A stretch of DNA of 64,000 nucleotides from assembly GCA_035084275.1 (NCBI GenBank), contig CM068742.1:310001-374000 (forward strand), in the 5' to 3' direction. Source of the stretch: Hydrolagus colliei (taxonomy: Eukaryota). The position numbers were made by a program, and so were the translations under genes. Shown here piece after piece: positions 12,348 through 25,130 of this stretch. The notes under the pieces were generated by a model. It worked only from the letters and a program-made list of their open reading frames with translations. It did not search any database and had not been told where the DNA came from. How positions within the stretch are numbered: position 1 is the stretch's first letter; every line of letters begins with the position of its first letter.

Positions 12348-13480
12348 ACAACAACAACTTTGATTTATATAGCGCCCTCCATGTCGGACGGCGTCTCAGA
12401 GCGCTTCACAATAATGGGTCCCGGGGGCGAGCCAGGGGCAAGGGGAGAAAGGTGACCAAAGGCGCGGTCAAAGAGAAAGGTCTTCAGCTGTGACCTGAAA
12501 CTGGGAAGAGAGGGGGCGAGGCGAAGGGAGTGAGTTCCCGATGGAGCAGGTCGGGAGACTTGGAGCAGGCCAGAGCACACTGAGAGGAGGGAGCGGGCAG
12601 GTTGGTAAGGGATTAGGCGGTCGCAGATGAAGGGTGGGGCAAGGCCATGGAGGGCTTTAAAGGCGAGGACCAGGATTGACTGGGAATAGTAGATGGTTGG
12701 GGACAGGGATGGGAGCATTTTGGGCAAGTGGATCGGTTATGGCAACCAAAATGCGCACACTGTGTCTAGGAGCAGACAGATAGGGGTAGGGGGAGGGGGC
12801 AGCGAGACATGGTTAGCCCATCGGGCTGGTGTGGATCATGAGTGGGGGTGGAGCCTGGGCTTGTGTGGATCATGGGTTGGAGGGAGGAGGAGGGAGGCTG
12901 GGCTGGGCTGCTGTGGTTCATCAAGTGGGGGAGGGGTGGGTTGCTGGCTTGTTTTTCCAGTGATTGCAGGGCTGGGTAATTCAAAAGATGAGGGTGGGAT
13001 GACATCCCGAGGTTGCTGGTTGGCTGAGGCCTTGACGATGGTGGGAATGGTGCTTCAGACCAGCCGAGCGTGGGATCCACGTGATATCTCCGCGCCTCGA
13101 GCCTACGCCCATTTTGGTCGTAAATTCGCTACAGTAATTTACAATGATGAGGCCTCCAAAGGGGCCAGGTCAGCCTCACAGGTCCCGCTCTTGCCCCTTG
13201 AGTCGCTCCAGATGCCGGTTCCGAGCTCGCGATTCGGGTCCCGCCCTCGACAATGACCGCGAGCCGTGGAACCCGAAGTCTCGAGGCTCCGAATCTCAGA
13301 CACGCTTCCAGCCCCCGCTCGCAAGTAGGTCTCCGATCCCAATTCCCGGCTCTCCCAACACCGGGAGGCCTCGAGCCCAAGGACTCACAATGCTCCCGCT
13401 CGAGTCCTGGCAACTACCGTTCGGTCCCCAGGTGCCAAACATGGTAGGACCAGGCACCAATCCGCCACCATCTTACTCCA
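12348..13480 (-). mobile_element. L2 3' end (12348 to about 12680) joined to a GC/CpG-rich segment, probably the element's 5' UTR
   Basis: ILVLAFKALHGLAP...FRSQLKTFLFDRAF plus (TTG)n tail; the adjacent CpG-rich block begins AAGATGGTGGCGG on the minus strand. Confidence 0.65.
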
Positions 13481-13521
13481 TTACGTATTTCTCATAATAT
13501 GATATCTAACAAAATTAGAAT

Positions 13522-13764
13522 TTAATAATAATGATCCTTGCATTTGATATAGCGCTTTTCGCATCTTCTGGATGTCTCAAAGCGCTTCACAGAATATACT
13601 GTAAAGTGAATTGACTGTATATTTGTGGGCAAAATGCGGCAGCCAATTGCACACAGCAGCGTCCCCCACAAACAGTCGTGGATTGAAATTACCAATTTAT
13701 TATTGGATTTTTTTTCGTTCGAGATTATTATCAGGCGTTTGGAGTAAGGAAACTTGCCCAAGGT
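13522..13764 (-). mobile_element. tRNA-derived SINE lacking its head
   Basis: Core and (ATT)n tail of the same family. Confidence 0.88.
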
Positions 13765-14769
13765 TTCTACAAGCGTGTATGGAATTCTCAGTTAGGTTTG
13801 GAGACTCTCAAGCCAATGGGTCTCTGTGCGTGTCAGACACATGGCTGATCACAGTGACGGGTTCCCACACGTGATTTGGGAGGAATTGGGGTACATTTTC
13901 CTCAATTTAAAATCAGAATGCTCCCTGTGTGAATCTTGGACGATATACATTTAGGTTGTCTCATCTTTGAGGGTACAATAAAGATGGTGTAATTGGCTCC
14001 CCGTGAAACAAGGAGGAAAAATACAACCGATGTTTTCCTACTGACTACAATCCCAACAATTCCCGATCAACATTGGGAGGCTAAGAGGTTCACACATATG
14101 AATGAAGGTCACATGTAGCTTCCCCGCTTTAGATTGAATAGCCCCACATACAGGCTCAGATGTGATGAATAGCTACTTTGATCAGGTGGGAGCCAAGTTA
14201 ATTAGCGCCAAAGGCTTCCTGTATCAGAGGATTGATGGAAAGTTTTGTTTGGAATCATTTTATTAAATATCTATGGGTATGGCAATGTTGAAGTTAGACG
14301 TTTATATTTCTTGAGTTTGTAAAATTGTTCAACATTTTGGGGTAAAATTGCTGTTAGAGAATCAATGATGGCTGGCTGTAAACTCTTAATTGCTGTTTGC
14401 TACATTGGAACTGTCTGCTTCGTTGGTCGTAGAACCTTGATTGTTATATAACAGTAACATTCTGTGCTTTTTTTTAATAGAAAAGAGCGTATGGTAGTTC
14501 TTCCATTAAAATAATTAGTACATAATTTGTTTTTTAACATTACAAAGCATGTTTGACACTTATTCAATTGGTGCATTTTTGTATACCAGATACTTAGCCT
14601 GAATTTCTAAGCTTACAGTTTGGTACAGCTCCAAGATAATTAATTTGTTCCCCCTGTAATTTTTATTTATAAAACGTGATGAGTGACAGCATCCCATGCA
14701 GAGTAAACTGTGCCTTTTTCTTTGTAGAAAACCATTCATTTCAGTTACTTTGGGTTTTACATGACTATT

Positions 14770-15140
14770 TTCCCGCCATCTCTCTCTCTCTCTCCTCCCT
14801 TTCCCCCACCGTGACACAGATGAAATCCGCCACTTCCTGCCTCGACTCCCCCTCTCCACCCAACTTCTGGTCACTCAACTCTTCCTCCTCTGCCCACTGC
14901 TGGTTAACACAATCAATCATTCCTTCTCCTCAAGGTCTTTCCCACTCCCTCTCAGAACAGCTGTCATCACCCATCTCCTTTTTTTTTTACAAAAAACTAC
15001 CCTCAATCCTTCCCAGCTCATAAATTTCAGACCTTCTCTTCCTGGATAAACTTTTATGAATGCGTATTTGCAAACCTTTTCAGTCCAGTTCTCACCTTGC
15101 CACACAGCGCAGGGACAGCGCTTATCGAAGTAACAAATTG
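14770..15140 (+). mobile_element. Degenerate L2 ORF2 fragment
   Basis: Pyrimidine-rich; reverse-complement similarity to 62440-62680 (MK..TSCLD.LP, NFRP.S). Confidence 0.6.
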
Positions 15141-15805
15141 TCCAACTCTAAATGCAAGTTGTTATTTTCTGTTTTCAGTTGTCAGTGCCATCATTGTTCA
15201 TAATAGCAATGTATTGTTTTTGTTCATTATGTTGAGCATCCAAAATGATCTTGATTAGTTTGGTCCTTTATTAATGGATGTAGCTACATGTAATTCTACC
15301 TTGGGTCCTCCTCTTCAATCATATTTTCTAGAGAAAGAAAATTTGATTCAAATGCACAGCTCATACTCTGCTGCTTTTGTCGAGGGACTCGTTGCAGCAA
15401 GTGAACAATTTAAAAAGAAAATGGATTGTTTTGTGTGTGTGTTATAATGGATTTGTGGTCAGATTATTATCTAGGTTGAGCTGACTGATAGCTTGTCCCT
15501 TTTGAAGCGAAATGACAGTCATTGCTAAGAGCAGCTAAGCACTAATTAAAATTCATTTCTTGGACCTTGATGCAAGTTAATCAGTCTAATTATTTGTGTT
15601 GCTTTGTGCGTTTGAAACAGATTAGGTTTGGATTGTAACATTTAAATGCAGAAAGATGAAATCTTGTTAATTCTGGTACCATCTTCAACTAATTGGAAAA
15701 AAAAGGAGTGCCTGAAGTTATTATTTATCAACTGCTTGATTAATTGCCCCCACTATTTAATAACTTAATGACATGTTTACATCCCTAATATTCTCCCTCC
15801 TTCAG

Positions 15806-16267
15806 AACATGACTGCAGTGGCTCAGTCAGAAGAGGAAATGGCACCCAAGATTAATCCTTCACAGGCATGCGGGCAAATCTCACCAGGAGTGTCTTCACC
15901 TTTACCTCTGGTACCTACTAACAGGAACTCTCTGTCACCGCACACCGGTGTGAGCCCAGAGCAAAGTGCCTTGCCAACTTTCGATGACTTCATCCCTCCT
16001 CACCTTCAGAAAGCCCTTTCCCCCGCCCCGTCATTGTGCGGCTTTCCTCCCCCACGCTTGAATGAAACATCGTCCCTTGCCACTGAATGCACTCTGAGCG
16101 AATATTCGTCTCGGACTGTGAGCGAGTCCTCCACAGCCATTCTAGATGAGCTGCAAACCTGTGGCTACGACACCACTGATCATTCCGCCACTCCGTCCCC
16201 AACCCTGAGTCAGACATCCGCGTTAACTGACGATAAAGCCACCGCCACCGCTGCTGCTCCCATTCAT
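15806..16267 (+). CDS. SORBS2: SORBS2 462-nt exon NMTAVAQSEEE...LPTFDDFIPPHLQK...AAAPIH
   Basis: ctccttcag|AAC...CAT|gtaatt; phase 0-0; lies in ORF 15773; carries the DDFIPPHLQ motif of the vinexin/CAP family. Confidence 0.85.
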
Positions 16268-18211
16268 GTAATTATCCTTCCTCTTTATCCTTGGTGGTGT
16301 CATTTCAATGAGGGAAACTTAACCAGATTTGTTCACGTCATAAGTGTTGGCATGTGCTCTACCATCTGTACTTTTCTCACCCACTGTCATTTTACGCGGG
16401 TACTATTCACTAACAGCTTCACAATTGTGGATGTCACTGTCTTGAATCAGGTCTACTTTATATGGCTATCTTAAAACAACCCAGCACATCTCTAACTCAG
16501 CACTACATGATGGCTTAAAATTTATGCTGTGTAAGTTTGGGGGAGTTTTTCTTCCAATCCTGATTCATATGGAATTCAAATCGAGGTTTATCTGAAAGTT
16601 TGCTTTGATATCATGCATATTTTAACCACTGTTTTACCTGTCTTTAACCTTTGTTATCTTTGCCTACTGACCATCTATCTCAGAGCGCTAATGGATTATT
16701 TTTGTTTTCAGCTCATGCCTTGCCTTAATATGTAACATTTCCCCTCCAAATTGTCAGAATAACTATGAGTGTAATATTACCCCTAACCCATGCAGAGTAA
16801 ATTTTTAAAATAAACTGCTCAGACTATCTTTTGGTTTGTTTTTGTTTTCTCTTTTTTCCTACTTATTTTCATTATTTTAAATTGAGTGCAAATACACATC
16901 CCTAGTGGCCAGAAGAGCATTGTGGCTCAATGGTTACTGCAGTTTACAAAGAGATGTTTTAACCTGTTTTAGACTATATTAATTAGATTTTGCTCATTTG
17001 ATCAGTCAGTCTATTTCATCAATTGTACTGTTCGCTTCAAGATTTGGACACAAACTACTGTACTTGTACCAAATCCGCAACAAAAAAACTTCTGTTATAA
17101 AACTTTGTTTCTCAGATTCTCAGATCTGCAAAAGATGCAGTTAAGATGCAGTTAAATGCTATTGCAATCTTGCTTTGTTTGAAGATCGAACGCATTTGGT
17201 TTATTGCGTCCTTGATAGTCGTGTGTGCACTGTTTACGCTCTATGGTTAAAATTGCAATGCTGAAAATTACAGTGCGTAGTAAACAGCATTTTGGATCAA
17301 CCACAAGTTGAATTGGGTTTGAAGAATATAGACAAATTCATGTGGTTCAACATACAGCAATAAACATTTTGACAAATGTGTGTTGTTGATTTGTTGGGCC
17401 AACAGCAATTGTGGACAGACTTTTGAACCCCCATTGTACTCACACAATTGTACATTTAGAATCTCTATTCTTCTCCCCGTTGGCCCTTTGTGCTCCCACT
17501 ACCACTCCTCCTGTTTCTGGTTCCCATCTGTGTGTTTTTGCTTCTGTATAAAATTAAAGCAGAAAATGATGAAGCATTGAGAGATTTATCAATAATACCG
17601 AGCAGGGACCCACTGGTATATTTGGAGTTCTTCAGTGAATCTAATTGCCAAAAACTCTGTCTGGCATCATAAACCACCAATATGCATTGCATGCCTTGAT
17701 GTTCATTATTGTTTAAATCACTCATGCGAGAGAGAAGCCGGGATTTTACCAAATGTTTGTCATTTCCATTGCTTACCCTATTCTAACCGGGAATTCTTCC
17801 CATGGATTGGAACACTGACTGCATGGCATTCACTAAATCCCAGTCTATTTATATTTGGTCATTTGTGGTTATCACAACTAATAGCCAACATTTTTCAGAT
17901 AGGAATCTATCTTGGAATTGTGGAAACTCGGAATGCGACTGAGGCAAAAGTAATCTGGAGCATGGGATTGTAGTAATATATTGTAGAAATATTTGTTTGG
18001 CAGATTGGGACCTACCAAACTCTTTGTATCTGTATTGTGGACAATTTTAACTAATACATGAATGTACGTTTTGTTTCTGTACGTACTAATCACAGTTACC
18101 TTTCCTGTTTGAAATTCTTTGCATCATTTATCCCTCTTTCATAAAGAGTAGTGACACTGGGGTTAATTGTGAGATGTTTGTAATGGTCTGTATTGTGCTT
18201 GCTGTACACAG

Positions 18212-18356
18212 GTGGTGGCAGTGAATGGGAATTCCATTACTGACAGTGGAAGCCCGATGGGTAGCTTTCCAAGGTCCTTTTCTCCATCATCAGCATATCC
18301 TTTGTTGGCCTCAGGCAATCCAAACATCGTTGCAATGCAGCACAACAGAAAGATGG
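18212..18356 (+). CDS. SORBS2: SORBS2 exon VVAVNGNS...SFSPSSAYP...IVAMQHNRKM
   Basis: acacag|GTG...ATGG|gtaagc; phase 0-1; matches human TVNGNS...PFSPSAY...IVMQH. Confidence 0.92.
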
Positions 18357-18416
18357 GTAAGCTGTGTAATATTCGCCTGGTTTGATTGGGCAGAAATCGG
18401 GTGTTACATAGGAAGA

Positions 18417-18655
18417 GAACATAAGAACCAGGAGCAGGAGTAGGCCATTCGGCCCCTCGAGCCTGCTCCGCCATTCAGTAAGATCGTGGCTGATCTTCTG
18501 ACCTAACTCTGATTACCTGCCCTATCCCCATATCCCCTAATCCCTCTATTTTTCAAAAATCTATCAGTCTCAGCCTTGAAAATGTTCAGGGACTGAGCAT
18601 CTACAGCCTTCTGGGGTAGTGAATTCTATAAATTCACTACCCTCTGAGTGAAGAT
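18417..18655 (-). mobile_element. CR1 (or CR1-tailed SINE) 3' end
   Basis: Minus-strand tail GGCTCGAGGGGCCGAATGGCCTACTCCTGCTCCTGGTTCTTATGTTCT, typical of chondrichthyan CR1 3' UTRs. Confidence 0.8.
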
Positions 18656-18659
18656 ATAT

Positions 18660-18890
18660 GCATTTTGATATAGCGCTTTTCACATCTTCTAGATGTCTCA
18701 AAGCGCTTCATAGAATGTACTGTAAAGTGAATTGACCTGGGCGAAACGCGGCAGCCAACTGCGCACAGCAGTGTCCCACAAACAGTCGTGGATTGAAATG
18801 TCCAATTTATTTGGAGGGATTATTATCAGGCATGTGTGTGTGGAGTTAGGAAACTTGCCCAAGGTTTCGCCCTGACCTGCCTGGATTCTT
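18660..18890 (-). mobile_element. tRNA-derived SINE, partial
   Basis: Same family; abuts a CR1 fragment. Confidence 0.85.
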
Positions 18891-21122
18891 TAAATGCAGG
18901 AAGCCAGGCTATATCTCAAAATTGAGATGTTGGAATTGAATGGAAGCGTTATAGGGTCAGACAGCTGCCAGTGTCGTGAGTTAATTTGTGGTCCCAACGA
19001 CAGACCACTTATGATGATTGATTTATTGAATGCTTTATCAACAGATTCCTTTGGCTCAGGTTAATTTCTGCTTCACAAGATCAAAAGACCATTTCTGAAC
19101 TTGTTCAGGGACTTTCTTGACCTGCAGTTTCCAGTGGAAATTCAAACCACTGACAAAAAGGTTGAAGGATTTCTGTGCCATAAATAAGGTTGCCGTGTTT
19201 CCACAGAAAGAAGCCTTCAGCATGTGCAATCAGCAAAAAAACGGTGTCGGTACATGTCGGTACAATCAGTCTAAATCCACAATGAGAAACATTGTCTCAT
19301 TCACATCCAGAACACAGCTGGGTTTGAGAGGGAAGGTTAAAACTAAACTAGACAATGTCAAGGAATGAAGATGAAACTTGTCATTGATCTTAATGGTAGA
19401 ATAACAATGGTAGAATGAGTGGAACCATATCTGGAGGGGTTCTTTGTCAAGGTTGGAGCTGAAGGAGAACAGTGAGCTGGAGAAGACTTCTATATTTTTA
19501 AGACAGTGATGAATTGGGATAGGAAGGAGGGTTGCACATGAGTTCCAAGAGACAACTTTGCCAAGCAAGGAAAAATATTCATTTGAAGCACTAAAGGAAA
19601 AACATTTTTTTTACAAACTGAAAACAAAAATTCAGACTATTGACTTCAAAAAATGTTGATCCCTTTAAAGGGCTATGTTGTTCAACATTGTATGCAGCCA
19701 GATTGATGGCAGAGAGAATTGGTTCAATATGAATTCCCGTGGATTCTGAATTGATTCTGATTTCTTCGACAATAAACTCCAATTAAGCAGAGCAGAAGCG
19801 AGAGTTGATTGAAACTACGTTTGTTTCATCCAATAACCCAGCGGCCTACCCACAATCTACGGCACACAAACTATTGTTGCTTTTGATGTTTGAGATTTTA
19901 AAAAAAATTTGTTCTGGAAATTAAGTAACAGAACTATCAAACTCTGCTGGCAGCAGCTGCCAGCTACTTGACTTTCAAAAATTAAAGATGATATAAACCA
20001 AACCTACAACTTGCTAATGTGGAAAATGATTTCCATGGACAGATGGTTCATGGTCTTCCATTATAATTGTGCAAAAACCTGAAACAATTAGTATTGCATA
20101 CCTTTGGAAGGATATTATTGTTCTCTAATATTGGTTAGAATAATATTGGTATTAAGTTTGCATATTGGTTGCCGCTTTTAGCAACAATGTACATAAGAAA
20201 TTGGGAGAAAACTATAAAGCGCTTTGAAATATTTCACGATGAAAAGACACTATCTCAAACGCAAGGAATATTATTATAGCTGTGATGAATGAGATGAGCA
20301 CTTTGTCTTGTATCTTGTCCCTAGTCATCTTTAATCAGCCTTTCGTAAAAAAAATTATTCCTGAATTTGTCACTGAAAACCATAGCATTTAATTTCTAAC
20401 ATACGAATTGTAGGTTTTTATTTAGTTGTAAATTATTTAACCAATCATTTAGTTGATTTCCCTCTACTTTTAGTTTTATGATATTTTCCCAAAATCTAAA
20501 AAAAAACAGTAATTCAGTTTATCGGTTGAAATTGGTCATTTAGAAATTCAAACGATGAACAATAAGCATGTGATTGGATTTGAATTGCATTATGTATATA
20601 CTGTAAGCATTATGTACACTTATTTTGATTAAGATAATCAGTTGAAGTTGTGCCAGTACAAACCACAACAACATAACTTGCATTTACTGCTCAAGCCATC
20701 TCACGAGAGTTTCTCCCCATGTCCTGACTAACAATTTCCCAAATAAAATTGCTCACTCATTCAATGGCTGCTTGTGGGACTTTGAAATATCACCTTCAGC
20801 GACAAAATTCACACAGTCACACCACTTCATCATCATATATTCCATGAAGCACTTTGAGACATCTTACTAACATGATACGGCATTATGTTAAATGCACAGG
20901 ATTTTGATTTTCTCTGAATTTTCTTTTCTAAAACAATTGATAACAATCCTTACATTTGTTTGATTATGGCACCTTTCGTGTTGGGAGGACATTTCAAAGT
21001 GCCTCATTGGATATCTTGCAAGTGAAGTGTGGTCACCGTATCTGAAGATGCATTTTTGATTCACGCACTTTTAAATGATTGTCAGGTATATAATTCTAGT
21101 TTTTTTTCTTACTTCCTTGCAG

Positions 21123-21292
21123 AGAGTTTGAGGACTTCGCAGCAAAGTCGATCTCTTGGCGTCGATATGATCAGTATTGATCCACTTTACAGAACCTCAG
21201 AGGAGGAGAAGAAAGTGACAGTAATTAAAGCACCACATTATGCAGGCATTGGCCCTGTGGATGAATCGGGAATACCTATAGCCATAAGAACG
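21123..21292 (+). CDS. SORBS2: SORBS2 exon, SoHo domain N-part ([31 protein letters not shown])
   Basis: ccttgcag|AG...ACG|gtagga; phase 1-0; canonical sorbin-homology motif. Confidence 0.97.
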
Positions 21293-24200
21293 GTAGGAAA
21301 ATATTCTTTCACTCTATTCCCTCTCTGCAGTTTCTACCAACAAGTTGGTTTTCTGCCAATGCAGCTGTTCCAACATCTTTCCCTACTGAATGTGAAATAT
21401 TGTGCCAAATATTATTATTAGTAATAATCCTTGCATTTGATATAACGCCTTATCATGTAGTTGAAACGTATCAAATGCTTCGCAAAATATACTGTAAAGT
21501 GAATTGACTGTATCTTGTGGGAGAAAGTAAGACTGAATAAGGAATTTGTAGACTGCTAATTGTATATTTTTGTGGAAATGTAAATATTAAAGGTACAATG
21601 GGATTTTGTCCATAGGTCAAGTGTGGGCTACTAATTTACAATTTTTTTTAAAAAAAGGGCTTATTTTAATTAGCAATACTTAGGACGTGCAGTTCATGTG
21701 CAGGAAATACTTATTATTTTTTATTGTTCTCTGGTCATGGTCCTGCAACTTTTAGGCAATTGCTTCTACATTGTATTCGTACATTATTCATATCCTTGCC
21801 TAGAAATTATAGCATAGAAGCAGTCCATTTGGTCGATCGAGCCTAAGCTGGTGATAGCTGCTCTACTGGAGCTATATAGTCTAATCACAATTTCTTTCTC
21901 TTCCTCATATCCTTTTGTAATATTTTTTAAAAGACGGAAACTGCTAAAGCGAAAGTATGCATCGAATGTTCTCTTAAAATATATTGATGCGTAGCTTCCT
22001 TTCAATATGTGATGACCTGCAACCTGTACTCAAGGATTACTACCTCAGTCTGTGTCAATATATGTCTATGTTCAAGGGCACACATTTTACAATTAATTAG
22101 TTTCCTCTTATCCACATATAATTAATTTGTAGGCAACTGGGAATTTCAGTTAAATATTTGAATTGTTATCTGCATTGCAATACTTAGTCTTGTTCTTATC
22201 GGGCTTCCAAGCCTCCACCAAGATCACTGAACTAAAGTGGTCTTTAATTCTTTACACTATTCGTTAACTACAGCAAGGTCACAGTCTGAATTTTTTTTTT
22301 AGAAAGGCTGTATTTTGACGTGTGTTTGTACCAGATAAAATTACTGATGCTTGACTGGAGTCTACCATCGGAAAAACTCTAAATCTAGTCTTTCCAATTT
22401 CTCAGTTAAAAAATTAACTTTCTTCTATCCACTAATTAATCTTATTTCTTAGTCAGCTGGGTGTCTGACACATGCGGAAACCCATCACCATGCTTAAGAG
22501 TATCTAATTAATCTTGAGTAGCATTTCTCTCCTATCCAACAATTGCTCTGGAAAAGAACTGAAGAATTTTTTAGCAAATTCTGCAACAATCTCACATTTT
22601 AAGATTGTGGTATTTCTGCTAAGACTGAAGTAGTTCAGACCTTTCTGATCGATACCACAAAGGGTAGCCTCCTTACCCACCCTTTTTTATTTTCCCTCGG
22701 CTTTTTCAGTCTGAAGCCTCCCCGACTGGTGGCAGGAAGTAATTATTGATATGTGGTATCAAATAAGAGGAACATAATGAGCACTCAGGGCAAACCTATC
22801 ACCAGCTGTATATATTGCTTGTTTTAATTGTAGACTTTTTTGTGCATCTCACATTCCACAGATAATTGCCATGTTGCACAAGCAGCACTTCTGTTTTTCT
22901 ATTTTTGTCCACTCACTTCGACAGCTATTGTGGCATGATCCTCCATTTGAATGCGTGTAATGATACCCCTAGATTTAGCGAGTCTGTAACCAGTGTGAAA
23001 AAAAATCACAGCTGCATATTTCTTCTTTGTGTAGATGGGAGAAAAAATGTGGTTCACCCAGAGTTCACTTAGGCTGTTCATCGGTGGTTAACGTGTGTTT
23101 TTCATGCTGAAAATCTTCATCAATTTCCATTCGAGTGCAATTATTGCTTCACGTTTTTAAAAAAAGTCACAATAAAGCATTTACAAATGGAATAAATAAT
23201 TGTAGATGAATTACATTGAGCCACTACTTGCCACGTATCAAAACTTGCGCCTTGTCCAAAAACAATATGTGACTGTAGTTTCTTGAATCAACTCTCTTTC
23301 TCTTTCTCTCTTTCTCTATATATACATCACTCAATAGATTTTCAGACAGCAATGCATATTGAAGGCCAAGTATACAACGCTAATTGAAAATTGTTAAGAC
23401 ATTCATTCAGCACACTGGAGAATCAAGCTAATTCAACAAAAGCTTCTGGAGTAGCAGTAATATTCATGATTGAAATCATAAATATTTTATGCAAATGCAG
23501 TTGTGATCTAACAGTATCTTCTGTGTATGAAAGAGAAAAATAAATCTATCACAACAGTGACTTCCATACAAAATAGCACTTCTGCACTGAATCGCCCTAT
23601 TTTTGGGTGTTTGAGATGAGGAAACCTATCACCGAGTTTAAGATTATCTAAACCATATGGTGAGTTCCACATTGGTATGCCACTTTCACATGGCAAAATG
23701 CCATGTCCCTGAGCTTTGAACAGAATGTGCACTCTCTCCCTGGAGGAACACATCCTGCTTAATTCCAGGGAGTATTAGAGATAATTTGGCGAGAGCCGAG
23801 GCTGTGTGTTGGGGGTACTTCTGTAAATTAACCAGTTAATAGTTCAACCACAAAGTTTGCCATTGAGATCACAGACTATCAGGTCTCCCCTGATTATCAA
23901 GCTGGAACCATCCTGCCCAGTGGGGTTTGGGCTTGCAGTGTTATCAGGAGCTGAGTGGGAAGAATCCCGGCTCGGAGTGGCAAACAATTCCTTGATCTCT
24001 GTGGCAAATAAATACTTGATGATTTAACACTGATGCCACATTTTGATTTTCCCATTTATCCAGATTTTGGTGTTCGGCACCAGCGCCCTGAGACATCCTC
24101 CCAATGTGAAAGACTATTTACAAATGCAATTTGTTGGTTATTGTTGTTATTGCTCAGATGCCATATAGGTTGTCCCACCACATTTCTCTTTCTGTCCTCT

Positions 24201-24585
24201 TAATACCGCTAACTCCAGAGGAGGGTTGGGTGAGGGTGGGGTGGGGGTAGGGGGGCTCAAATGCCAACAATTTTAAAGGGAACCAGGGATAATGGAAAAC
24301 CAGCATCTGAAAGAGAAAATTGGATCAATGCTACAGGTTCTGACTTTCATTGGAACTAATTGGGCTGCTATGTGCCTTTCTGTTTGTTTCCACTCTGATC
24401 CCACTGCCTACAGCTTGCTCAATGGACACCATGAGTAAGATCATCATGAGCGACTAAAACAAAGTTTTGACAGTTGCCAGCATGCTTTGGGTGAAAATCG
24501 TAACTAGATTTTAGGTATGGAGTAGAGATTTATTGTGTGTATCTTTTTAAGTAATACTAATTCTGACTTACAAACTGTAATCTAG

Positions 24586-24652
24586 ACAGTGGATCGACCC
24601 AAAGACTGGTATAAGACGATGTTCAAGCAAATACACATGGTGCACAAACCAG
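24586..24652 (+). CDS. SORBS2: SORBS2 exon, SoHo domain C-part ([22 protein letters not shown])
   Basis: aatctag|ACA...CCAG|gtatgt; phase 0-1; matches the recalled human peptide. Confidence 0.97.
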
Positions 24653-25082
24653 GTATGTTTCCTGTTTGTGACAGTAACATGATTTTATTTACCCGTTCAG
24701 CCCCCATTTCACTTTCTTCGTAGCCTTAGAAATATTATTTCATACTCTTTATCAGTTGGTTATACGGTTAAACAAAAGAAAGCGACACAGACTCCATACT
24801 CTGCTAGGTTTTCCTCCCTTGTAGCTCAGAATTCTCCACTTGAAAATGTTTTCCTTCTTTGATTCAGGACAGCGTTAGCATGAAATGTTCTTTATAATGC
24901 TGACAGTAGGATTATTGCCGACAAAACACTTTGCAGTAAAATTCTGTGAATTGCTTTGAGATGACATGATAAGTAGCTATACCCAAATCAAAGATTATTA
25001 TATTATTATCTAGTGTAAACCCATCAATTACTATTGAGTGAAAGGAATTTGCCTTTCAACATTGCTTTTTTTATGTCAACAG

Positions 25083-25130
25083 ATGATGATAACGATGCAT
25101 ACAATGCTACATATGCATACACTCATCCTG
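25083..25130 (+). CDS. SORBS2: SORBS2 48-nt exon DDDNDAYNATYAYTHP
   Basis: caacag|AT...CCTG|gtaagg; phase 1-1; resembles human DDDTDMYNTPYTYNA. Confidence 0.9.

Noticed and set aside
12693-13497. Several overlapping 60-190 aa ORFs
   Set aside because: Expected in GC-rich sequence; no recognisable domain or exon-like boundaries.
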